NCBI GenBank assembly: GCA_903844665.1 | Contig: CAIMUS010000059.1 | Coordinates: 12,814 to 44,813, forward strand | Direction of reading: 5' to 3' | Source of the DNA: an uncultured Pseudomonadota bacterium | Lineage (GTDB): Bacteria > Pseudomonadota > Gammaproteobacteria > Competibacterales > Competibacteraceae | Length of the DNA stretch: 32,000 nucleotides | In this document: positions 19,006-26,055 of the stretch, in pieces | Position numbering within the stretch: position 1 is the stretch's first letter | Layout of the letters: every line of letters begins with the position of its first letter | Notes under the pieces: model-generated | Database searches by the model: none | Told to the model about the DNA's origin: nothing | Seen by the model: only the letters and a program-made list of their open reading frames with translations | Translations under genes and position numbers: made by a program

Positions 19006-19800
19006 CCGCGGTAGGGATGCCGGTTACCCGACGCCCCCCGCACAGTCCCAGGCGTGCAGTTTTTCCGCACCGGATTCCTCGGTTGTACTCGCTTCCGCGC
19101 CAGGCAACCACCGTCGCCTGGTTTGCTATTCCCCGCAGTGAGGTTGGCTTGCGTTACTCCAGCCCGACAGGTCCGGCGCAAGTTTCCTTTGCGGGCTCCG
19201 TACTTCCGTCAGGGCCTTCCCCATGTACATGGCTTTCCCATGCTCAGAGTACTATGCCTGATAAGACTCCCCAACAGCATGTGGCGGGCTTTCCCTTTGA
19301 CAGTACTTCTCCGCCTGCCTAAGCCGGAGCTCCCTCCGTCCACTTAGGTTTCGGCTTAACCCTGTATCCGGGTTTCCCCTTCCGTGCCTCACTAGCCGTG
19401 TACCCTATGGTCGGGTTTCCCTCCGGTCAGGAGCCGATGGGACCTCCTGGGTTCTCTGACGCCTCTCTTCCTGCATGCCACGGCCGGTGGACTCCGGCGG
19501 ACCTCCACACCCTCGCCAAAACGGGTGCTTCGTGTGGCCTTCGGGCACGTTAAAACCCTCGGCATCCGCAACCAGCTTATCTCGAAGCTGTACCAGCACT
19601 TCAGGGAGCGCGGCCTCCCCTACGGCCTACAGGATTCTCTGCCTACGCTGAGTCCATCTTGTTCGCCACCTCTCGGCGACTCCGCCATGGACCCAAGGCT
19701 CGATACGGGTCGGTGGCTAACCCTTTTGAAGATGCTTCTCAGCATCTCCTTCCCGACAGGGACTTTCACCCTGCAAGATGCGCCGAGCTTTGCCCAGCGC
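19006..19800 (-). ncRNA. Group II intron-like RNA without reverse transcriptase ORF
   Basis: Minus strand: TTGCAGGGTGAAAGTCCCTG near 5' end, GGCATGCAGGAAGAGAGGC segment, then GGAATCCGGTGCGGAAAAACTGCACGCCTGGGACTGTGCGGGGGGCGTCGGGTAACCGGCATCCCTACCGCG resembling domains V/VI. No RT ORF inside. Confidence 0.5.
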
Positions 19801-19858
19801 GATAACGGTTAAGCTCAGCCGCCGGCGTAGCACGGTCGGCTGGAGCGTTCAGTTAGGC
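19800..19858 (-). repeat. attC-like site 2, abutting the intron-like element
   Basis: Minus: GCCTAAC TGAACGCTCCAGCCG ACCGTGCTACGCCGG CGGCTGAGCTTAACC GTTATCG. Inner arms GCTCCAGCCG / CGGCTGAGC with extra C in the left arm. Distal core is degenerate. Confidence 0.6.
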
Positions 19859-19863
19859 TGGAA

Positions 19864-20133
19864 CTACAACTGAGACAACAGCTTTCCATAATCAGCATGT
19901 GAGCCTATCCAAAACCAAACAATTTCATCATTTTCTTTGATTCCTACAGCACGGTAATCGACATTGATACGGGCTGAATAAATAGGTCGTATTGTGTGAA
20001 CTTTCTTGAAGTGTAAACTCGGATGATATGGATTCTGTTTAAACTGCCTATATGCCTCTCGAGCTTGACGCTGTACAACATTTGGTAGCTTTGAAAATAA
20101 CTCGCGGAAGTGTCTATTGGTATGTGAAATCAC
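19864..20133 (-). CDS. RelE/HigB-like toxin
   Basis: NRHFRELFSKLPNVVQRQAREAYRQFKQNPYHPSLHFKKVHTIRPIYSARINVDYRAVGIKENDEIVWFWIGSHADYGKLL. Confidence 0.82.
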   Translation of the reverse strand: MISHTNRHFRELFSKLPNVVQRQAREAYRQFKQNPYHPSLHFKKVHTIRPIYSARINVDYRAVGIKENDEIVWFWIGSHADYGKLLSQL

Positions 20134-20348
20134 AGCTTATCCGGATCAAGCAATTCTGTTTTGCCTGCTCGATGTTCTGCTAAGGCTTCATCAGCAAGTC
20201 TACTTAGTAGGTCTTGAGAATTGGCAAAGGCCATATCCCAACGCTTCTCAGAAGCAAGCTCTTCGAGTATCCAACGACTAAATACGTCCTGTTCTGGTTC
20301 AGGTAGTTTAGATACCTCAGCAAAGGCTTTTTCAAGGAGTTCAGTCAT
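20130..20348 (-). CDS. Antitoxin partner of the RelE-like toxin
   Basis: 72-aa protein, 4-nt overlap with toxin start (...WILEELASEKRWDMAFANSQDLLSRLADEALAEHRAGKTELLDPD). Confidence 0.78.
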   Translation of the reverse strand: MTELLEKAFAEVSKLPEPEQDVFSRWILEELASEKRWDMAFANSQDLLSRLADEALAEHRAGKTELLDPDKL

Positions 20349-20378
20349 CGATTTTGTATCTCCTGCTGTTTTTACAGA

Positions 20379-20437
20379 GCCTAACGCTGGGCATGAGCCG
20401 CGCGCTTCAGCGCGTCGGCTCCATGCCTATGTTAGGC
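20379..20437 (-). repeat. attC-like site 3
   Basis: Minus: GCCTAACATAGGCATGGAGCCGACGCGCTGAAGCGCGCGGCTCATGCCCAGCGTTAGGC. Perfect 7-bp cores, inner arms with one extrahelical base, central stem. Confidence 0.88.
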
Positions 20438-20834
20438 GATGGGTTGCCTCCACACTATGGCGGGATGGCCTGAACTGCGGAATGTCTTTCACTGAGGCAG
20501 CGGGCTGATTACAGAGCCGACACGTAATATTGCCGTCGCACCAAATTTGCACATCCTGGACAGCAACAGGTTCTCCAGCCTCAGACCAGGACAGGTGCAA
20601 GCCTAAGGCCGCTATCGTTGCGTCAAGTGTTTCAATGACATGCAAGGCTTGGACATCAACGGCTACTTCGAAATCGCGGAAGAGTTGCTCGACACTGGGA
20701 AAAGCCAGCCCTGGCACAAACGTACCGTATAGGAGTTCCTCTTCCTGCCGTTCAATTCGCATCTGGCCAAGCTGCCGCCGCTCAGCGTCCACCAACTCAA
20801 TGGTTTGTCCAACACATCGTGCCATGTTTAGCAC
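20427..20834 (-). CDS. Hypothetical cassette protein (second gene of pair)
   Basis: 135-aa ORF starting MLNMARCVGQTIELVDAERRQLGQMRIERQEEELLYG. Stop codon lies within attC 3. Confidence 0.7.
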   Translation of the reverse strand: MLNMARCVGQTIELVDAERRQLGQMRIERQEEELLYGTFVPGLAFPSVEQLFRDFEVAVDVQALHVIETLDATIAALGLHLSWSEAGEPVAVQDVQIWCDGNITCRLCNQPAASVKDIPQFRPSRHSVEATHRLT

Positions 20835-21238
20835 CCCACGGTATTGCGAAACGTTGCTGCCAAGGTCGCCAAATGTTCGTCAGTGAAACTTTCCACGCCT
20901 TGCGGGTGAATTAGCCGCGCATGGTTGGGAAAACGCAGGGTTAGATCAGGAACAATACCAAATCCCACCTTCCGAATCGCTGCTGCAGTCGTTGTTCCGA
21001 CCGTCTGCGCAGCTTCCCGCCATTTCCGTGAACCAGGAAAGGCACGTCGTATTTGGGCTGCCGCTTCCTGTGGCGTGCCCCCCAAAAGAACGGAAATCCC
21101 TGGCGGAGTTTGCTGGGCATCGAGAGGGGATAGGCGAAGGTTGGCCACGCTTCCGCCACCGACACGGTGTACCACAGTCTCAGGGGCGATCTCCTCAAAC
21201 CCGCCAATTGGCACCTTAGACCTCGTCTTGTTGTGCAA
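20828..21238 (-). CDS. Hypothetical cassette protein (first gene of pair), possible toxin-like
   Basis: 136-aa ORF (VVHRVGGGSVANLRLSPLDAQQTPPGISVLLGG...GTTTAAAIRKVGFGIVPDLTLRFPNHARLIHPQGVESFTDEHLATLAATFRNTVGC). 7-nt overlap with the downstream ORF. Confidence 0.7.
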   Translation of the reverse strand: MHNKTRSKVPIGGFEEIAPETVVHRVGGGSVANLRLSPLDAQQTPPGISVLLGGTPQEAAAQIRRAFPGSRKWREAAQTVGTTTAAAIRKVGFGIVPDLTLRFPNHARLIHPQGVESFTDEHLATLAATFRNTVGC

Positions 21239-21320
21239 ATAGAAGATGTCATATTCATCTTACCGTGTCGACACAAAGAAAACTACACTACACCAGCGCA
21301 CGAAACTCTGAGGCTCTGAC

Positions 21321-21382
21321 GCCTAACGATCTAAGCTCAGCCATGCCGCGTCAGCGGCATCGGCTGGAGCGATTGGTTAGGT
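21321..21382 (-). repeat. attC-like site 4
   Basis: Minus: ACCTAACCAATCGCTCCAGCCGATGCCGCTGACGCGGCATGGCTGAGCTTAGATCGTTAGGC. Confidence 0.87.
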
Positions 21383-21410
21383 CAAGGCTAAACGCATATC
21401 AGCAACTATG

Positions 21411-21495
21411 CAAGCCTGACCCCATCAAGCCTGACCCCATCAGACCCCATCATTCAACTATACAAGCCTGACCCCATCATTGGACCCCATCATTG
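21411..21495. repeat. Short direct repeats CAAGCCTGACCCCATCA / GACCCCATCATT
   Basis: Three copies of AAGCCTGACCCCATCA plus GACCCCATCATT variants. Confidence 0.8.
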
Positions 21496-21496
21496 C

Positions 21497-21547
21497 GGGC
21501 GCGGGTCGGCTGGAACGGCGGGTTAGGCTGATGTTGGAATGTTAGAC
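21497..21547 (-). repeat. Truncated attC-like remnant
   Basis: Minus: GTCTAACATTCCAACATCA then GCCTAACCCGCCGTTCCAGCCGACCCGCGCCC with no matching right half. The upstream gene's TAA is in GTCTAAC. Confidence 0.45.
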
Positions 21548-21745
21548 CTGGCTCCGTACTCTGAGCGACATTGCATTTCGGCTGATTTCCTCAATACTCA
21601 ATTCCTCATCAAGCCCTTGTCGCCACTTTGTGTAATCGAAGCGCTCCCTTTGAATTAAGGCAATAAACCTCTCAGCCTCCACATCGCCAAGATACTGAGA
21701 CAAAATATGGATGCCTTTTTGCTTTATCTCTGTATCGGTAATCAT
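21542..21745 (-). CDS. Putative antitoxin paired with PIN toxin (toxin-first order)
   Basis: MITDTEIKQKGIHILSQYLGDVEAERFIALIQRERFDYTKWRQGLDEELSIEEISRNAMSLR. Confidence 0.7.
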   Translation of the reverse strand: MITDTEIKQKGIHILSQYLGDVEAERFIALIQRERFDYTKWRQGLDEELSIEEISRNAMSLRVRSQV

Positions 21746-22176
21746 ATGAACACCTCTTTAATGAATTCTATGGGATCTCTGATTTTGATGTTAGTAATCA
21801 AGCTGGCTCTTTCTAATATCCAATCGTCGGTAGTCAGAAAGTAATCTGCATTTGCTTTGATCGCGCAGGCGATATGCAAAGAATCCATTTTCTTAATACC
21901 TGCTTGCCCAATAAGCTTAGCCGAAGCAAGCAAGGCACCATCTTCTTCGATGTCTTCCACAGCATATGCCCGCCATTTGCTTATTTGCTCCCTGCGCTCT
22001 GGAAAAGGATTTTTGTGATTTTCATAATCCATAACATAAGACCATACCAAAATATGGATTCCCAATCGAATTCCTTCCTGTATAGCCATCTTTGCTTCAG
22101 ATTCAAGCCTTATCCTAAGCTGCGACTGGTCGTCGAAGGGCCTGTTGAAGCAACAATTATCCAAGTAAATTTTCAT
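21742..22176 (-). CDS. PIN-domain protein
   Basis: MKIYLDNCCFNRPFDDQ...KKMDSLHIACAIKANADYFLTTDDWILERA. Confidence 0.85.
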   Translation of the reverse strand: MKIYLDNCCFNRPFDDQSQLRIRLESEAKMAIQEGIRLGIHILVWSYVMDYENHKNPFPERREQISKWRAYAVEDIEEDGALLASAKLIGQAGIKKMDSLHIACAIKANADYFLTTDDWILERASLITNIKIRDPIEFIKEVFI

Positions 22177-22221
22177 TTAGCTGCGCTTCATTTAATCTTT
22201 TTTATCGTGAACCGAGCAGAT

Positions 22222-22292
22222 GGGCAAGCGTCTTTTTGCTTGCCCACCGATTACGCCGATTCCCCGTAGGCAAACGATAAAGCCGTTTGCCC
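22222..22292. terminator. Two adjacent hairpins, possible terminators
   Basis: GGGCAAGC-gtcttttt-GCTTGCCC and GGCAAACG-ataaagc-CGTTTGCC. Confidence 0.5.
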
Positions 22293-22295
22293 ACC

Positions 22296-22475
22296 CTACC
22301 GGGCTTGACCCCGTTCTTCCGATACATCATAAGAGAAATCGTGTCTGACCCCTTTTTTGCCCTTTATATATTCTTTTTGCTCTTCAAAACTCATATCCTT
22401 AAATTTTTGGCTAAGGTTATCACGGATTTCTCGCATCATTTTTACAGCATCAAACTGCTTTTCAGTCGTTTCCAT
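22296..22475 (-). CDS. Small antitoxin-like protein below the ORF-track cutoff
   Basis: METTEKQFDAVKMMREIRDNLSQKFKDMSFEEQKEYIKGKKGVRHDFSYDVSEERGQAR*. 14-nt overlap with the upstream PIN gene. Confidence 0.65.
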   Translation of the reverse strand: METTEKQFDAVKMMREIRDNLSQKFKDMSFEEQKEYIKGKKGVRHDFSYDVSEERGQAR

Positions 22476-22926
22476 ATTGAGTTACCTCTTGCGGAGTTCT
22501 GATTTCCAACAACGGATAACCGTGCCGGAGGTTTACTGAATTATAACCATGAATTCGTTGGAGATTGACGATATGCTTAAAGTTCCAACTTACCAGAACA
22601 TCAACATGGCTAATTGTTGCCATCGCGATATGCTGTGCATCTACAATTTTGCCAGAGCCTATGACACCTTCGGCAATATAATGCCTTGCAAGTTCCCTTG
22701 CTTCTTCCTGAAGTTCTATGCATTCCTTATTTCCATCCGGGATATTTTCAAGAATTCCCTTCACTTCTGCAGGAGCCAGTTCAAGCTCCAGAAGTGTTAA
22801 ATCTGAAACTACAATTATCGCCTCACCTGTCTTGAAACTTTCAATCAATCGGAGTGAAGGAGATTCGAACTCTTTGTCGAAGCATCCACCGATCACAGAA
22901 GTATCCGTATATATTCTTGGTTTCAT
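22462..22926 (-). CDS. PIN-domain protein
   Basis: MKPRIYTDTSVIGGCFDKEF...KIVDAQHIAMATISHVDVLVSWNFKHIVNLQRI. Confidence 0.85.
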   Translation of the reverse strand: MKPRIYTDTSVIGGCFDKEFESPSLRLIESFKTGEAIIVVSDLTLLELELAPAEVKGILENIPDGNKECIELQEEARELARHYIAEGVIGSGKIVDAQHIAMATISHVDVLVSWNFKHIVNLQRIHGYNSVNLRHGYPLLEIRTPQEVTQYGND

Positions 22927-23118
22927 TTTTGTTTCATCACGCCCGAATGTGGATGCCTCTTGCGGAGCGGGTCAGGGTAACTCGTTAAGCCATGATACAC
23001 AGGAAAAGGTAACATCATCTTACCGTTAATATTCTCTGACCCCGTTTTTCCCCTACGTTTTTCCCACTAGTATCCCCGCATCTAAAGCGTACTCTGTGCA
23101 TACCCTAGTTAACTTTTC

Positions 23119-23222
23119 CTAGGAGTCTGTCGGACTTATCGCTTAACTATTTGATCTTTTGTAAGGCAGAAACAATAATCGTTGACTATGAAAGTATACA
23201 TTTTCAATGAATGTTTATCAAG
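23119..23222. mobile_element. One end of a TIR element related to the MITE at 16256
   Basis: CTAGGAGTCTGTCGGACTTATCGCTTAACTATTTGATCTTTT matches the left end of 16256-16374. No opposite end found; abuts truncated mazF. Confidence 0.6.
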
Positions 23223-23294
23223 ACCAGCCTGCTCATTGCCACGGGTGGGATTCAAATCCGCCCACCGGATATCACCTCTCAGTATTCCGGCCAC
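23223..23294 (-). pseudogene. MazF-like toxin N-terminal fragment
   Basis: GTG start: [24 protein letters not shown], interrupted at the element boundary. Confidence 0.75.
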
Positions 23295-23533
23295 TCGACC
23301 CTCTCCTCCGACAAGCCTTCCTCAGCCAGCGCTTGCTCGAATGCGGGGTCCAGCTTGGCGCATTCTCGCGCCAAGCGGTCATGCTCCAGGCGTTCGATCT
23401 TTTCCTCAATGGCTTCTTCAATTGCCCGACTGCGATTAGGAAATACTTGCGCTGCAACAAGCCGGTCGATGTGCGCAAGAAGCGGCTGTTCGATAGTGAT
23501 GGCAACTTTGGTCTTGCTCATGGATTTCCTCAA
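23279..23533 (-). CDS. Ribbon-helix-helix antitoxin (MazE/ParD-like)
   Basis: [68 protein letters not shown]. Confidence 0.82.
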   Translation of the reverse strand: MRKSMSKTKVAITIEQPLLAHIDRLVAAQVFPNRSRAIEEAIEEKIERLEHDRLARECAKLDPAFEQALAEEGLSEERVEWPEY

Positions 23534-23875
23534 GTATGATGTTTAATCATACCTTTGATTGATTGGTGCGGCAAACGAGGTAGCCGGGCAGCTGGGCAGC
23601 CGGGTAGAGTGAGCATAGGTAATCCACTTAAGCCGGGACGCTTTGCAGGCTGACCGCAGCGGGGTTCACCTGGGAGCGCTGGCATCTTGCCGGTTGTTAA
23701 CTGGCGCCGATGCACTCAAGCCGGCGGGGACGCCGGCGCTCCCAGGGTCGAATTGTCCCACCTTAAGTGGATAGCCTTTGCGTTCTTTGCATTCTTTGCG
23801 GTTAAATCAAGCGCTGTTCCCGCGACTATACGGCTTCAATCCGGACAACCCGTGAATCCCCCGAAGGTGTTATCG

Positions 23876-25930
23876 ATGAGCAATCCGCTGTTGACGCTGA
23901 CCGATCTGCCGGCTTTTGCCGCCATCCGACCCGAGCATGTGGAACCGGCCATCGACGCATTGCTGGCCCGCAACCGGGCGGAACTGGAGCAATTGTTGGA
24001 CAGAGAACCTCCCTTTACCTGGGATAATCTGATCTATCCGATCGAAGAGATGCACGACCGCCTGAACAAGGCCTGGTCGCCGGTCAGCCATCTGAACGCG
24101 GTGATGAATTCCCCGGAACTGCGGACCGCTTATAACGCCTGTCTGCCCAAACTGAGCGAGTACTACACCGAACTCGGCCAGAACGAGCGACTGTATTCGG
24201 CCTATCGCGCCATCGAGAAAAGTCCGGACTATGCCCGGCTGGACGCCGCCCAGAAGACGGTGATCGAACACGCCTTAAGGGATTTCCACCTGTCCGGCGT
24301 CGACCTGCCGGCGGAGCACAAGGCCCGCTACAAGGCCATCATGCAATCCCTGGCGTCGCTCCAGTCGAAGTTTCAGGAGAATGTGCTGGACGCTACTCAG
24401 GCATGGAAGAAGCACATCACCGACGAGGCGGAACTGGCCGGTCTGCCGGAATCCGCCAAGTCCCTGGCCTGGCAGACGGCGGAACGGCAAGGGTTGGAGG
24501 GCTGGCTACTGACACTGGAGTTCCCTTCCTATCAGCCGGTGCTGAGCTATGCCGATAACCGGGAACTGCGGCGGGAGCTGTACGAAGCCTATGCGACCCG
24601 GGCCTCCGAGCAGGGTCCCAACGCCCGCCAGTGGGATAACTCCGAGACCATGGAAAGCATCCTGGCGCTGCGTTACGAGGTCGCCCGTCTGTTGGGTTTC
24701 GCCGATTACACCGGCTATTCCCTGGCCACCAAGATGGCGGAGTCGCCCGAACAGGTACTGGAATTTCTGAACGATCTGGCCCGGCGTTCCAAACCCCAAG
24801 CACAGCGCGATCTGGCGGAGCTTCAGGACTTTGCCCACGAGGTTTACCGAGTCAACGAACTGGAAGCCTGGGATACAGGCTATTACTCGGAAAAGCTGCG
24901 CCAGCATCGCTATCGGATCTCCCAGGAGGAATTACGCCCTTATTTCCCGGAAACCAAAGTGGCGCCGGGACTGTTTGCCGTGGTCCAGCGGCTGTATGGG
25001 CTGGAGATTCGCGAAATCCAGGCGGTCGAGGTCTGGCATCCCGAGGTCCGGGCCTACGAAATTCTGGATAGCGCCGGCGCGCTGCGGGGCCGTTTCTATT
25101 TCGACCTCTACGCCCGTCCCAACAAGCGCGGCGGCGCCTGGATGGATGGCTGCGTGACCCGCCGCGCCACCCATCGGGGCTTGCAGATTCCGGCGGCCTA
25201 CATGGTCTGCAACTTCACCCCGCCGGTCGGCGGGCAGCCGGCCCTGTTCACCCATAACGAGGTATTAACCCTGTTCCATGAGTTCGGCCATGGGCTGCAC
25301 CATCTGTTGACGCGGATCGATTATGCGCCGGTGGCGGGCATTCACGGGGTGGAATGGGATGCGGTGGAACTGCCCAGCCAGTTCATGGAGAACTGGTGCT
25401 GGGAACGCGAGGCGCTGGACCTGATCGCCGGCCATTATCAGACCGGCGAGCCGATTCCGGAGGATCTCTACCGGCGGATGATTGCGGCGAAGAACTTCCA
25501 ATCGGCGATGATGATGGTCAGGCAACTGGAATTCGCCCTGTTCGACTTCCGCCTGCACCGGGAATACGATCCACAACAAGGCGGGCGGATTCAGGACATT
25601 CTGGACGAAGTCCGCCGCCAGGTGGCGGTCATTATCCCGCCGGCCTACAACCGTTTCGCCCACGGTTTCTCCCACATCTTCGCCGGCGGTTATGCGGCGG
25701 GCTATTACAGCTACAAATGGGCCGAAGTGCTGTCGGCGGACGCCTTCGCCAAATTCGAGGAAACCGGCATCTTCGACCGGACCACCGGCGGGCAATTCCT
25801 GCACAGCATCCTGGAGGTGGGTGGTTCCCGTGAGGCAATGACCAACTTTGTAGAATTCCGGGGACGGGAGCCGAACATCGAGCCGTTGCTGCGGCACAGC
25901 GGGATTGTGGCGGCGACAGAGCCTTTGTAG
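23876..25930 (+). CDS. prlC: Oligopeptidase A (M3 family zinc metallopeptidase)
   Basis: SNPLLTLTDLPAFAAIRPEHVEPAIDALL..., HEFGHGLHHLLT zinc motif, AGYYSYKWAEVLSADAFAKFEE. Confidence 0.93.
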   Translation: MSNPLLTLTDLPAFAAIRPEHVEPAIDALLARNRAELEQLLDREPPFTWDNLIYPIEEMHDRLNKAWSPVSHLNAVMNSPELRTAYNACLPKLSEYYTELGQNERLYSAYRAIEKSPDYARLDAAQKTVIEHALRDFHLSGVDLPAEHKARYKAIMQSLASLQSKFQENVLDATQAWKKHITDEAELAGLPESAKSLAWQTAERQGLEGWLLTLEFPSYQPVLSYADNRELRRELYEAYATRASEQGPNARQWDNSETMESILALRYEVARLLGFADYTGYSLATKMAESPEQVLEFLNDLARRSKPQAQRDLAELQDFAHEVYRVNELEAWDTGYYSEKLRQHRYRISQEELRPYFPETKVAPGLFAVVQRLYGLEIREIQAVEVWHPEVRAYEILDSAGALRGRFYFDLYARPNKRGGAWMDGCVTRRATHRGLQIPAAYMVCNFTPPVGGQPALFTHNEVLTLFHEFGHGLHHLLTRIDYAPVAGIHGVEWDAVELPSQFMENWCWEREALDLIAGHYQTGEPIPEDLYRRMIAAKNFQSAMMMVRQLEFALFDFRLHREYDPQQGGRIQDILDEVRRQVAVIIPPAYNRFAHGFSHIFAGGYAAGYYSYKWAEVLSADAFAKFEETGIFDRTTGGQFLHSILEVGGSREAMTNFVEFRGREPNIEPLLRHSGIVAATEPL

Positions 25931-26004
25931 GAGCGAGCTTGCTCGCGAATTCGGCGGCTTGCTGGGCTGCTGAATACCCATTTCGCGAGCAAGCTCGCTC
26001 CTAC
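25927..26004. repeat. Inverted REP pair (BIME-like)
   Basis: GTAGGAGCGAGCTTGCTCGCGAA ... TTCGCGAGCAAGCTCGCTCCTAC. The first arm contains the prlC stop codon. Confidence 0.88.
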
Positions 26005-26055
26005 AGGTGCAGCGTTATGATCACGCCTCATCCCATCGGTAATTCGCCATTAGAT

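Noticed and set aside
19017-19812. ORFs 19017..19322, 19054..19347 and 19525..19812 as proteins
   Set aside because: They lie in the group II intron-like RNA; translations lack protein-like features and such ORFs are common spurious calls in this repeat class.
21411-21495. CRISPR-like array from repeated AAGCCTGACCCCATCA
   Set aside because: Repeats are too short and irregularly spaced (some directly adjacent), with no regular spacers or cas genes.
10264-23860. tyrosine integrase or duplicated ssrA 3' end defining a classical genomic island
   Set aside because: No integrase-like ORF and no second copy of GGTTCAATTCCCCCC-CGCCTCCACCA seen by eye; kept only as a hypothesis.
23870-25981. Antisense ORFs over prlC (e.g. 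25265..25981 minus, 24506..24907 minus)
   Set aside because: Fully covered by a convincing M3 peptidase frame; shadow ORFs.
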